Shown piece after piece: positions 1 through 8,141 of a stretch of 64,000 nucleotides of DNA. The position numbers and the translations under genes were made by a program. Below the pieces are notes generated by a model that was given only the letters and a program-made list of their open reading frames with translations, was not told where the DNA came from and ran no database searches. This DNA is from an uncultured Actinomycetes bacterium (lineage in GTDB: Bacteria; Actinomycetota; UBA4738; HRBIN12): contig CAVPIB010000001.1 in NCBI GenBank assembly GCA_963704885.1, positions 224,001 through 288,000 on the forward strand, in the 5' to 3' direction. Within the stretch, counting starts at the first letter, position 1, and the number at the start of each line of letters is the position of its first letter.

Positions 1-957
1 CGCGTTCAGCGCCACGCGCCGAAGCACCCCGGCGTTCACTTCTCCGAAGAACAGCTGCCCCTCGACCTGGGCGCTCAGCCCGCAGTCCTGGCAGAACGCG
101 GCACCGGTTATCCCGATCGTGTTGACGAACCAGAGCTTGGGCAGTTGACGGGGTGTGGGGCCGCTGTTGTTGGTGCCGCCGGGAACGTCTGCGCAGTTCT
201 CGTTCGGGCCCCAGCCGAAGTTCCCTCCCGCCACGATCAGGTTGATCTCGTCCATACACTCGGGTCCGTTCTCGCTCTCCCAGAGCCGATCTGTCTGGGG
301 ATCGAACGCGAACCCGTAGGAGTTGCGGATCCCGAACGCATAGGTCCTGCTGCCGGCGATAGGGTTGTCGGAGGGCACTCCGCCGTTGGGCGTCATTCGC
401 AGGATCTTCCCGCGGAGGTTGCCCGTCAGGTCCTGGGCATTGGAGCTGTCGTGCCCGTCCCCGACGATCGCGTAGAGCATCCCGTCTGGGCCGAAGAGGA
501 TCCGCCCGCCGTTGTGGTACGGACTGGAACTGGCGGGCGTGGTCAACAGCACGCGCATCGCGACGTGACCGGACGCGCGCGTCACCCTCACGATCTGGTT
601 CTTGAGGCTGCCGCCCGATGAGCGGGTCACGTAGACGTAGAGGGTCCGCGACCCGGGCCAGTTGGGACTCACCGCGACGCCGAGCGCTCCGCGTTCCCCC
701 TGACCGTTCACCCCGGGCACTTTGAAGAAGCGGTGATCGGCCTTGGTCTTGGGGTTGTAGATCCTGATCTCGCCGGAGCCGCGCTCAAGGTAGACGATCC
801 GCCCGTTCGGCAGGAAGGTGAACGCGGCCGGGCCGTTGAGGCCGCCGACCACCCTTCGGGCGACGATGGCTCCGCCCGCCTGTGCGGGCGCGGCCGCAGC
901 GCAAGCGAGCGCGGCTAGCGCGAGGCTGAGGATGCCGGCGATCGTGCGGTGACGCAT
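1..957 (-). CDS. Secreted PQQ-dependent sugar (glucose/sorbosone) dehydrogenase family beta-propeller protein; 3' end lies outside the window
   Basis: Not in the ORF track because it has no stop codon in the window. Manual minus-strand translation from ATG 957 (RBS AGGAGGG upstream): MRHRTIAGILSLALAALACAAAAPAQA (signal peptide) GGAIVARRVVGGLNGPAAFTFLPNGRIVYLERGSG...GERGALGVAVSP...YHNGGRILFGPDGMLY...YAFGIRNSYGFAFDP, all typical GSDH motifs. Confidence 0.85.
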   Translation of the reverse strand, partial: MRHRTIAGILSLALAALACAAAAPAQAGGAIVARRVVGGLNGPAAFTFLPNGRIVYLERGSGEIRIYNPKTKADHRFFKVPGVNGQGERGALGVAVSPNWPGSRTLYVYVTRSSGGSLKNQIVRVTRASGHVAMRVLLTTPASSSPYHNGGRILFGPDGMLYAIVGDGHDSSNAQDLTGNLRGKILRMTPNGGVPSDNPIAGSRTYAFGIRNSYGFAFDPQTDRLWESENGPECMDEINLIVAGGNFGWGPNENCADVPGGTNNSGPTPRQLPKLWFVNTIGITGAAFCQDCGLSAQVEGQLFFGEVNAGVLRRVALNA

Positions 958-1005
958 CAATTGACCCTCCTTGAGGTGGTGCGGTTGCTGGCTAGCATGT
1001 GGCCC

Positions 1006-3318
1006 GTGACCCTGCCTCCCTCGATGTTCGGCGTCCCAGCCCTGCGAACTGAAGACCCGCGGTTCCTACGCGGGGAGGGGCGCTATCTGGAGAACATCCC
1101 CATCCCCGGGGTGCTGCGGGCCGTGTTCGTCCGTTCCATCATGCCTCACGCCCGGATCGAAGGGATCGAGGGGCTGGAGGCCGCGCGGGCGATGCCGGGC
1201 GTGGTAGCCGTGTTCACGGCCGACGACCTACAGGTCCCGCCTCAGCCTCCCAGCGGAAACGTGGAGGGGGCGACGGGCACGCTCGAGGAGGGCGCGTTCA
1301 TGCGGGAGGTGCTCGCCCGCGAGGTGGTTCGCTACGTGGGCGAGGCCGTGGCGGTGGTGATCGCGGCGTCGTTCGCGCAGGCGCAGGACTCGGCGGAGAC
1401 GGTGTGGCCGTCGTACGACCCGATCGATGCCGTGACCGATGTGGAGGCGGCCGTGGCCGTAGGCGCGCCGCTCCTGTGGCCGTCGTACGGAACGAACGTC
1501 GCGTACTCGTTCGAGACCCGATGGGACGAAGACGTTCTGGCCGGGGCCGATGTGATCGTGCGCGCGCGCGTTGTACAGCAGCGACTGGCTCCCGTCCCCA
1601 TGGAGACGAACGCGATCGCAGTGATCCCCGAGGACGACGGTGGATACACGGTCTGGGTGTCGACGCAGGTGCCGTTCGATGTCCGCGACGACCTGGCGGA
1701 GCTCTTGGGCGTCGACAAGAAGCGGGTGCGTGTGATCGCTCCAGATGTGGGGGGTGGTTTCGGCGCCAAGCTCCTGATGTACCCGGAGTTCGCAGTGGTG
1801 GCGGCTGCCGCGAAGAAGATCGGGCGACCCGTGCGATGGTCGGAGACGCGCTCGGAGAGCATGGTGAGCCTGACGCACGGTCGCGCTCAGGTGCAGTACC
1901 TGGAGGTAGGGGCCAAGCGCGACGGGACGGTGGTTGGTCTCCGGGCGGATCTGCTGGCCGACATGGGCGGGTATCCGATCGGCGCGTTCCTGCCGACAAC
2001 CACGAACGAGATGCTCGCCGGTCCGTACACGATCCCCAGGATCGCCTGTCGCGGTCGGAGCATCGTGACGAACGCCACCCCGATCTTCGCGTATCGGGGA
2101 GCCGGCAGGCCGGAGGCGACCGCCTTGGTCGAGCGCGCGATGGACCTGGTGGCCGCTGAGCTCGGTATGGACGCCGTTCAGGTTCGCCGTAAGAACCTGA
2201 TCCCGCCAGACGTGTTCCCTTACACGACCTCGACCGGGACGAAGTACGACGTGGGGGACTACGGGCGCGCGCTGGATCTGGCGCTCGGCATGGCGGGCAT
2301 CGATGAGCTCCGGGCCGAGCAGGAGGCCCGCCGGGCGCGCGGAGACCACCTGCTGCTGGGTATCGGCGTCAGCACCTACGTGGAGATCACGGCGTTCTCG
2401 TCGAAGGAGTTCGGCTCGGTGGAGGTCGCGTCGGACGGCTCGGTCACCGTGCTCACCGGGGTGTCGCCGCAGGGGCAGGGACACGAGACCGCCATGGCAC
2501 AGATCGCGTCGGCCGTCTTGGGGGTGCCGATCGGCACGGTGCGGGTGGTGCACTCGGACACGGGGATCGTGCCGAAGGGCGCCGGGACGTGGGGTTCGCG
2601 CTCGCTCCAGGTAGGAGGGTCGGCCGTTGCCGAGCAGAGCCAAGCGGTCGCGGCGAAGGCGCGAACGCTTGCCGCGTATCTGTTGGAGGTGGACGAGGCC
2701 GACCTGGCCGACGTCTTCGACGGGCGGATCGAGGTGAAGGGGGCACCCGACCGTGGGCTCACGTTGGCGGAGCTGGCCGCAGCAGCGAACGACCCCAAGC
2801 GGCTGCCCGAGGGCATGACTCCTGGGCTCGCGGCGTCCGGGCAGTTCCGTGAGCTGGAGTCCACGTTCCCGTTCGGGACGCACGTTGCCGTCGTCGAGGT
2901 GGATACACAGACGGGGGACGCGCGTTCGGTGCGGCACATCGCGGTCGACGACTGTGGCAGGATCTTGAACCCGATGCTGGTGGACGGACAGGTTGGCGGG
3001 GGACTTGGCCAGGGCATCGCGCAGGCCCTGTATGAGGAGGTCCGCTACGACGACGCGGGGAACCCGGCAACCGGCAACCTGTCGATCTATGCCATGCCCT
3101 CGGCGGCCGAGTTGCCGTGGTTCGAGATCGCCCACACCGAAACGCCGACGCCGCTGAACCCGCTGGGCGCGAAGGGGATCGGAGAGTCGGCGACGATCGG
3201 CTCGACACCGGCTGTGCAGAGCGCGGTCGTGGACGCTCTTTCGCACCTGGGGGTTCGCCACATCGACATCCCACTCACGCCCGAGCGCGTGTGGCGCGCG
3301 ATCCGCGAGGCTCTGTAG
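1006..3318 (+). CDS. Xanthine dehydrogenase-family molybdopterin-binding large subunit (CoxL/CutL-like, form II-type AYRGAGR motif)
   Basis: Motifs REDPRFLRGEGRY, VGGGFGAK, AYRGAGRPEA, GQGHET and GAKGIGES. GTG 1006 chosen because TAGCAT (993-998) lies 7 nt upstream; ATG 997 is also possible. Confidence 0.9.
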   Translation: MTLPPSMFGVPALRTEDPRFLRGEGRYLENIPIPGVLRAVFVRSIMPHARIEGIEGLEAARAMPGVVAVFTADDLQVPPQPPSGNVEGATGTLEEGAFMREVLAREVVRYVGEAVAVVIAASFAQAQDSAETVWPSYDPIDAVTDVEAAVAVGAPLLWPSYGTNVAYSFETRWDEDVLAGADVIVRARVVQQRLAPVPMETNAIAVIPEDDGGYTVWVSTQVPFDVRDDLAELLGVDKKRVRVIAPDVGGGFGAKLLMYPEFAVVAAAAKKIGRPVRWSETRSESMVSLTHGRAQVQYLEVGAKRDGTVVGLRADLLADMGGYPIGAFLPTTTNEMLAGPYTIPRIACRGRSIVTNATPIFAYRGAGRPEATALVERAMDLVAAELGMDAVQVRRKNLIPPDVFPYTTSTGTKYDVGDYGRALDLALGMAGIDELRAEQEARRARGDHLLLGIGVSTYVEITAFSSKEFGSVEVASDGSVTVLTGVSPQGQGHETAMAQIASAVLGVPIGTVRVVHSDTGIVPKGAGTWGSRSLQVGGSAVAEQSQAVAAKARTLAAYLLEVDEADLADVFDGRIEVKGAPDRGLTLAELAAAANDPKRLPEGMTPGLAASGQFRELESTFPFGTHVAVVEVDTQTGDARSVRHIAVDDCGRILNPMLVDGQVGGGLGQGIAQALYEEVRYDDAGNPATGNLSIYAMPSAAELPWFEIAHTETPTPLNPLGAKGIGESATIGSTPAVQSAVVDALSHLGVRHIDIPLTPERVWRAIREAL

Positions 3319-3359
3319 CGCTGGGCGCGAGCGACGCCGGACAGATAGGGTTCCGGCCC

Positions 3360-5171
3360 ATGAGCGAACACACCCCCGCGTGGGAGCAGCGGCATCGTGC
3401 GCCCGTCGCGTCGATGCCCGACTGGTCTCCGAACGCCCCTGACCACGTCGCCTACGAGAGCACCGAGAGCGGGGTGTGGCAGGTCCATGCGTGGGACGTG
3501 GCGACCGGAACCCGGCGCCAGGTGACCGACCATCCGGTTGGGGTGATCACCGGCTCCCTGTCGGCCGACGGCACCGACGTGTTGTGGTGGCAGGACGAGA
3601 CGGGCGATGAATCCGGGCGATGGTTCGCCCAGCCGTTCGAGGGCGGCGAGGTCCGTCCGTTCCTGGAAGGGGTACCCGCAGGCTGGAACGAGGGGTTCGC
3701 CCAGGCCGCCGGCGTCGTGGCGGCCTCGATCAGCGACCGCGGTGGGTTCGCCGTCTACATCTCGATCGACGGTGGTCCGGCGAAGGAGATCCTCAGGAGC
3801 GCCGAGTGGCTCAGGGTGGCCGGCGCCGAGGGTGGGTTCAATCGCGGCGGGTTATCAGCGGACGGAACCCTGCTCTGCCTCGAGCACTGCGAGGGCGGCG
3901 ACATGCGTCACCCGGCGCTCCGGGTGATCGACCCGCGCACCGCTGAGGTCGTCGCGGAGCTCCGTGACGAAGGCAAGAGCCTATCGGCCGCGACATGGTC
4001 GCCGGTACCGGGCGACGGTCGCCTGGTCGTGACACACGAGCGCACCGGGGAGGCCACCGCAGCGCTTTGGGAACCGGCCACGGGGACCTGGACCGATCTG
4101 CCGACCGGTCTGACGGGCGAGGTAGTGGCGCTCGACTGGTGGCCAGACGGATCGGCGCTGCTGCTCTCCAACCTGGTGGAGGGACGTCACCGTCTCGAGC
4201 GATTCGACCTGTCTTCCAACACGGCCACGCCCATAGATCACGAGGAGGGGCAGATCTCCGGTGCGCTCGTCCGACCCGGCGGAACCGTCTGGTATCGGTG
4301 GGCGAACGGCGCGACCGCCCCCCAGGTCCGCGACGATCGTGGCAGCGAGGTGCTGCAAGCCGAGGGCGAGCGCGCGGTCGCAGGGCGGCCCTATGTGTCC
4401 TTCAGGTTCGACAACCAACACGGCCAGTCGGTGCACGGTTTCTACGTCACACCGGAGGGCGAGGGTCCCTTCCCGATCCTGATGCGTCCACACGGGGGTC
4501 CTGACTGGCTGGACGAGGACCGGTGGAGCCCGGAGGTCCAGGCCTACGTCGACGCAGGTCTGGCCGTGGCCATGATCAACTACCGAGGCTCCACGGGCTA
4601 CGGCGCGGCATGGCGCGACACGCTCATCGGCAATATCGGCGGTCCCGAGCTGGAGGATCTGAACGCGGGCCTGGAGTGGCTGGTGGATCACGGGATCGCC
4701 GACCCGGCGAGCGCAGCGGTCGGTGGCTGGTCGTGGGGCGGGTACCTGACCCTGATGGAGCTGGGCAAGCACGCCGATCTTTGGCTCTGTGGCGTCGCCG
4801 GCATCCCCGTGGGCGACTACGTGATGTCCTACGACGACATGTCGCCGACCTTGCAGGCTTACGATCGCGCACTGCTGGGAGGCACACCCGAAGAGGTGCC
4901 CGAGCTGATGCGCGATCGCAACCCCATCCACTTCGCCGACGACGTGAAGGTGCCGGTGCTGTTCCTCATAGGCCAGAACGACAGTCGCTGTCCTTACCGC
5001 CAGGCGATGGCCTACGTGGATCGGCTCGCCGAGCGAGGCCACCCACATCAGGTCTACCTGTTCGGAACGGGGCACGGTTCGTTCGATATAGAGGAGGACG
5101 TTCGTCAGGTCGGTGCCATCCTCGGGTTCCTGGCCGAACACGTGCCGGGCGTGAGGGTGCCGACCGACTAA
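3360..5171 (+). CDS. S9 family (prolyl oligopeptidase/acylaminoacyl peptidase-like) serine peptidase
   Basis: HGGP, NYRGSTGYG, nucleophile GWSWGG, NDSRC and GHG catalytic motifs; N-terminal beta-propeller. Start re-assigned to ATG 3360. Confidence 0.9.
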   Translation: MSEHTPAWEQRHRAPVASMPDWSPNAPDHVAYESTESGVWQVHAWDVATGTRRQVTDHPVGVITGSLSADGTDVLWWQDETGDESGRWFAQPFEGGEVRPFLEGVPAGWNEGFAQAAGVVAASISDRGGFAVYISIDGGPAKEILRSAEWLRVAGAEGGFNRGGLSADGTLLCLEHCEGGDMRHPALRVIDPRTAEVVAELRDEGKSLSAATWSPVPGDGRLVVTHERTGEATAALWEPATGTWTDLPTGLTGEVVALDWWPDGSALLLSNLVEGRHRLERFDLSSNTATPIDHEEGQISGALVRPGGTVWYRWANGATAPQVRDDRGSEVLQAEGERAVAGRPYVSFRFDNQHGQSVHGFYVTPEGEGPFPILMRPHGGPDWLDEDRWSPEVQAYVDAGLAVAMINYRGSTGYGAAWRDTLIGNIGGPELEDLNAGLEWLVDHGIADPASAAVGGWSWGGYLTLMELGKHADLWLCGVAGIPVGDYVMSYDDMSPTLQAYDRALLGGTPEEVPELMRDRNPIHFADDVKVPVLFLIGQNDSRCPYRQAMAYVDRLAERGHPHQVYLFGTGHGSFDIEEDVRQVGAILGFLAEHVPGVRVPTD

Positions 5172-5180
5172 CCTGACCCG

Positions 5181-5438
5181 GTGCCGACCTGGCTCCTGGT
5201 CCTCACCGCCATCCTGCTCGGCCTGCTGATCTGGCGGGTGGGGATCGGCATGCTCCGTTCGATCACCGGTGGGGCTGACCGCACCAAGCCCGAGGTCGAG
5301 GACGTGGAGGAGCTCGAGGTCTTCCTCGTCTGCGGGGAATGCGGCACGGAGTTCCGGGTCATGCGGCTGGGCGAGCTGCAGATCCCTCGCCACTGCGGCG
5401 AATCGATGCAGGTGGTTCGGGGACCTGCGGGAGACTGA
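5181..5438 (+). CDS. Small membrane-anchored protein with C-terminal CxxC...HCG metal-ribbon motif
   Basis: N-terminal TM helix, then VCGECG-x15-RHCGESM. TAACCT -10-like hexamer 6 nt before the GTG. Confidence 0.7.
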   Translation: MPTWLLVLTAILLGLLIWRVGIGMLRSITGGADRTKPEVEDVEELEVFLVCGECGTEFRVMRLGELQIPRHCGESMQVVRGPAGD

Positions 5439-5449
5439 GGCCGCCTGCG

Positions 5450-5542
5450 TTTTCCACAGGCTGCGAACCGTTCGTCCACCGGTTATCCCCAGTGAGGCGT
5501 CGTTCGAGGGTTACCCACAGGTGTGGAAAGCCTTGTGGAAGG
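5450..5542. promoter_or_regulatory. Cluster of about 6 DnaA-box-like 9-mers
   Basis: TTTTCCACA 5450-58, TCGTCCACC 5472-80 (weak), TTATCCCCA 5483-91 and TTACCCACA 5511-19 on +; CTTTCCACA 5522-30 and CCTTCCACA 5534-42 on -. Consensus is TT(A/G)TCCACA. The cluster sits in the gap between convergent genes. Confidence 0.75.
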
Positions 5543-5569
5543 ATCACATCGTTGTGATTCGACGGGCGA

Positions 5570-5833
5570 CTAGCGGATCATCGTGGTGCCCAGGAACCCG
5601 ACGCCGATCATGCCAAGACCCACCATCAGGGCGACCGGGCTCGTCTGGTCGTTCGTGAACGGCAAGATCCCCATGTAGTTGAGGACGATCACGATGACCC
5701 CGAGGCCCATGAGGCTCAGGACCATCGGCGAATACCAACGAGGGCTCGCCTTCTTGCGCGCCGCCCTCTTCGCCGGCTCCAACTGGTAGCGACGCTTGGA
5801 GGAGCCGCTGTTGCGTGAGCGGGATTTGGGCAT
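5570..5833 (-). CDS. crgA: Cell division protein CrgA
   Basis: MPKSRSR N-terminus, SPRWY, two TM helices and C-terminal GFLGTTMIR, typical of actinobacterial CrgA. Start overlaps the upstream stop (TGATG). Confidence 0.88.
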   Translation of the reverse strand: MPKSRSRNSGSSKRRYQLEPAKRAARKKASPRWYSPMVLSLMGLGVIVIVLNYMGILPFTNDQTSPVALMVGLGMIGVGFLGTTMIR

Positions 5834-8130
5834 CACCCGATGTTACCGGGAAGCAGGCGCAGAGTGGCGACGGCCGCCGCTTCGACGGCGGCGCGCGTGA
5901 ACGGTAGGGGGTGATGCTCGCCGGCCGCCCAGAGCGGGGCCTGGTCGTTCCAGTGGGGGGAGGTGGGGTTGCCCGAGATCCCAGACGGCAACACGCCTAC
6001 GGACCGATCGAGGTCGGACAGGTCGTAGACGGCGCGCCACGAGGCGATCACCGCGGGCTCGTAGCCGTCGCGTCCGTCGAACCCGCCCTGCATCACCGTC
6101 TGCTCGTCTCCGCCGAGCTCGACGTCCGCCGCGCTGAAGAGTGGCTCCAGTCCGGGGAGCGCGCCGAGCGGGTGGACCAGTTGGAGTCGGTGCAGCGCTC
6201 CCCATCGCCACTCGGAGGGATCGTCTCCCAGATGTTCGCGGAGCTCGGCGAGCGCGTCCACGAGCGCCGCGCGAAGGAGGTCGTGGTCCAGCCAGTCGTT
6301 CGGCTCGCGCAGCATCGCCGGTAACGCCTCGCACTGGAAGACCTCGCGCCACGTGTGGTACAGGCGGAAGAGCTCCTCGCCCAACCGAGGTTCCAGCACG
6401 CGTCGCGCGATGTTGCGGGACCACGCGTTGAACACCGCGGCGCCCGCGGACCCTGCGTTCATGTCGCAGTCCCACCCTCGGAGCATGTCGATCGCAGCGC
6501 GCTCCCCCTCCGTATGAGGCTCTACGGCCAGCAGCCAGGGGAGGGCCTCGCGCGCCGGAAGCGAGACGGTGTCCGATTGGATCGCCGCGAGCGACGCGAC
6601 GTCGTGCGTTGGGACGGCTTCGAGGCGCTCTACGATCCGCCGCGCCCGGTACGGCGTGTGGAAATCGTGGCCGATCAGATGCGGGTAGGAGTCGTCGTGG
6701 ATGCGGTTGTTGGCGGTGACGACGTAGCCGCGTTCGGGGTCGACCGACCAGGGCAGTTCATCGAACGGGATCCACCCCTCCCACTCGTGGTCGTCCGTCC
6801 AGCCCGGCACAGGCACCATGCCGTCGCCGGCGCGACGGACGGGGAACCGGCCCGTGCACTGGTAGCCGATCGTCCCGTCGACGTCGGCGTAGACGAAGTT
6901 CTGTCCGGGGCATTCAAGACCCCACGCCGCGCGGCGGAACTCCTCGAAGTTGGTCGCGCGAGCCGCGTCGATCGCGAGCGATGGACGGACGCCGCACTCG
7001 AGGCCGGTCCAGCGCAACGCGTATGTCTGGGTGGGCGGGAGCTCGATGTACTCGGCATGCAGCTGGCCGACGACCGCGGTCTCCAAGATCGGGCCGTGAC
7101 GTGTCTCCAGGACCTGCACCACGATCGGGTCGGCGGTCCCGCGCACATGGATCTCTTCGCGATGCACCGTGAGCGGTTCCCAGTCGCCGTGATGTTCGAC
7201 AGCGGTGCGCTCCTCGTTCAAGTGCTCGACGTAGAGGTCTTGGACGTCGCCGGTCACGTTGGTCACACCCCATGCGTGGTGAGCCGTCGTGCCGAGCAGG
7301 ATCCCCGGTGAGAACGTGAGCGCCACGCCGCGGGCCTCGTAGCCGGGTGCGCTCAGGTGCAGCTCCATCCACACACCCGGCTGCACCGCCAGTAGGTGAG
7401 GGTCGTTGGCGAGCAGCGGCTTCCCGCTCGCGGTCCGCGACCCCGCGACCGCCCAGTCGTTCGAACCCTGCGCCTTCGGGTGCGGCAGACCGTCGAGCAG
7501 CCTGCCCGTGAGCGAGCCGGCGGCCAACTGTGGAGGGTCGGCGGGGAGCGGCGGCATCAGGGTCTCGACGGCCTCGCGTCCCAGACGCTCTGCGATCGCC
7601 GCCCGCAGCAGCTCGGAGTCCCAGTTGCCCGACAGACCCCACGCCAGGAAGACGAACGCGGCTCCCCACGCGGCTTCGTCTGTCGGCAGCTCGGGCGCAA
7701 GATCGAGCAGCGTGTACTCGACCGGTGGTGCGGGCATGACCGCGATCCACGCCGCCACACCCTCCCGGAACCGGGCGTGCATGGTGTGCGAGGTGTCGTC
7801 CCACCCGGCCGCCAACCGCCCGCCGGCGCGATGGAACCCGACCGTTCGCGCGAAACGGTCGTCGGGGAGCGTCTGGTCGGCGAACATCTCCGACAGCCGG
7901 CCGTTCGCGGCGCGGAGCAGCAGGTCCAGCTGGAACAAGCGCTCTGCGGCGGTGACGAATCCCTGCGCGAACCAGAGGTCCTCCTGCGACTTGGCCGTGA
8001 TGTAGGGGACGCCCCACCGGTCTCGGAGAACCTCGACAGACTCGGCCAGACCGGGGGCGACGAGCTTCCCGTCTTCTGGGAAGAGCGACGCGGCTGCGAT
8101 GTCCCGCAGCTGATCGAGGAAGTCGCCCAT
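5833..8130 (-). CDS. Penicillin acylase family Ntn hydrolase (AHL/acyl amidase-like)
   Basis: RDRWGVPYI, AQGFVTAAERLFQ, autocleavage GSNDW...GKPLLANDPH, GISGNPTSPHWNDQ. Start ATG 8130 with TAGGCT 8 nt upstream; no signal peptide. Confidence 0.9.
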   Translation of the reverse strand: MGDFLDQLRDIAAASLFPEDGKLVAPGLAESVEVLRDRWGVPYITAKSQEDLWFAQGFVTAAERLFQLDLLLRAANGRLSEMFADQTLPDDRFARTVGFHRAGGRLAAGWDDTSHTMHARFREGVAAWIAVMPAPPVEYTLLDLAPELPTDEAAWGAAFVFLAWGLSGNWDSELLRAAIAERLGREAVETLMPPLPADPPQLAAGSLTGRLLDGLPHPKAQGSNDWAVAGSRTASGKPLLANDPHLLAVQPGVWMELHLSAPGYEARGVALTFSPGILLGTTAHHAWGVTNVTGDVQDLYVEHLNEERTAVEHHGDWEPLTVHREEIHVRGTADPIVVQVLETRHGPILETAVVGQLHAEYIELPPTQTYALRWTGLECGVRPSLAIDAARATNFEEFRRAAWGLECPGQNFVYADVDGTIGYQCTGRFPVRRAGDGMVPVPGWTDDHEWEGWIPFDELPWSVDPERGYVVTANNRIHDDSYPHLIGHDFHTPYRARRIVERLEAVPTHDVASLAAIQSDTVSLPAREALPWLLAVEPHTEGERAAIDMLRGWDCDMNAGSAGAAVFNAWSRNIARRVLEPRLGEELFRLYHTWREVFQCEALPAMLREPNDWLDHDLLRAALVDALAELREHLGDDPSEWRWGALHRLQLVHPLGALPGLEPLFSAADVELGGDEQTVMQGGFDGRDGYEPAVIASWRAVYDLSDLDRSVGVLPSGISGNPTSPHWNDQAPLWAAGEHHPLPFTRAAVEAAAVATLRLLPGNIG

Positions 8131-8141
8131 GGCGCCGCAGC

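Noticed and set aside
1228-3261. Long antisense or alternate-frame ORFs (e.g. 1228-3261, 3981-5393, 37596-39428, 40964-42337, 58576-59190)
   Set aside because: Shadow ORFs expected at high GC; Arg/Pro/Ala-rich, motif-free and overlapping well-supported genes.
5439-5569. oriC itself
   Set aside because: No adjacent dnaA/dnaN, no AT-rich unwinding element and only about 130 bp; treated as an accessory DnaA-box cluster.
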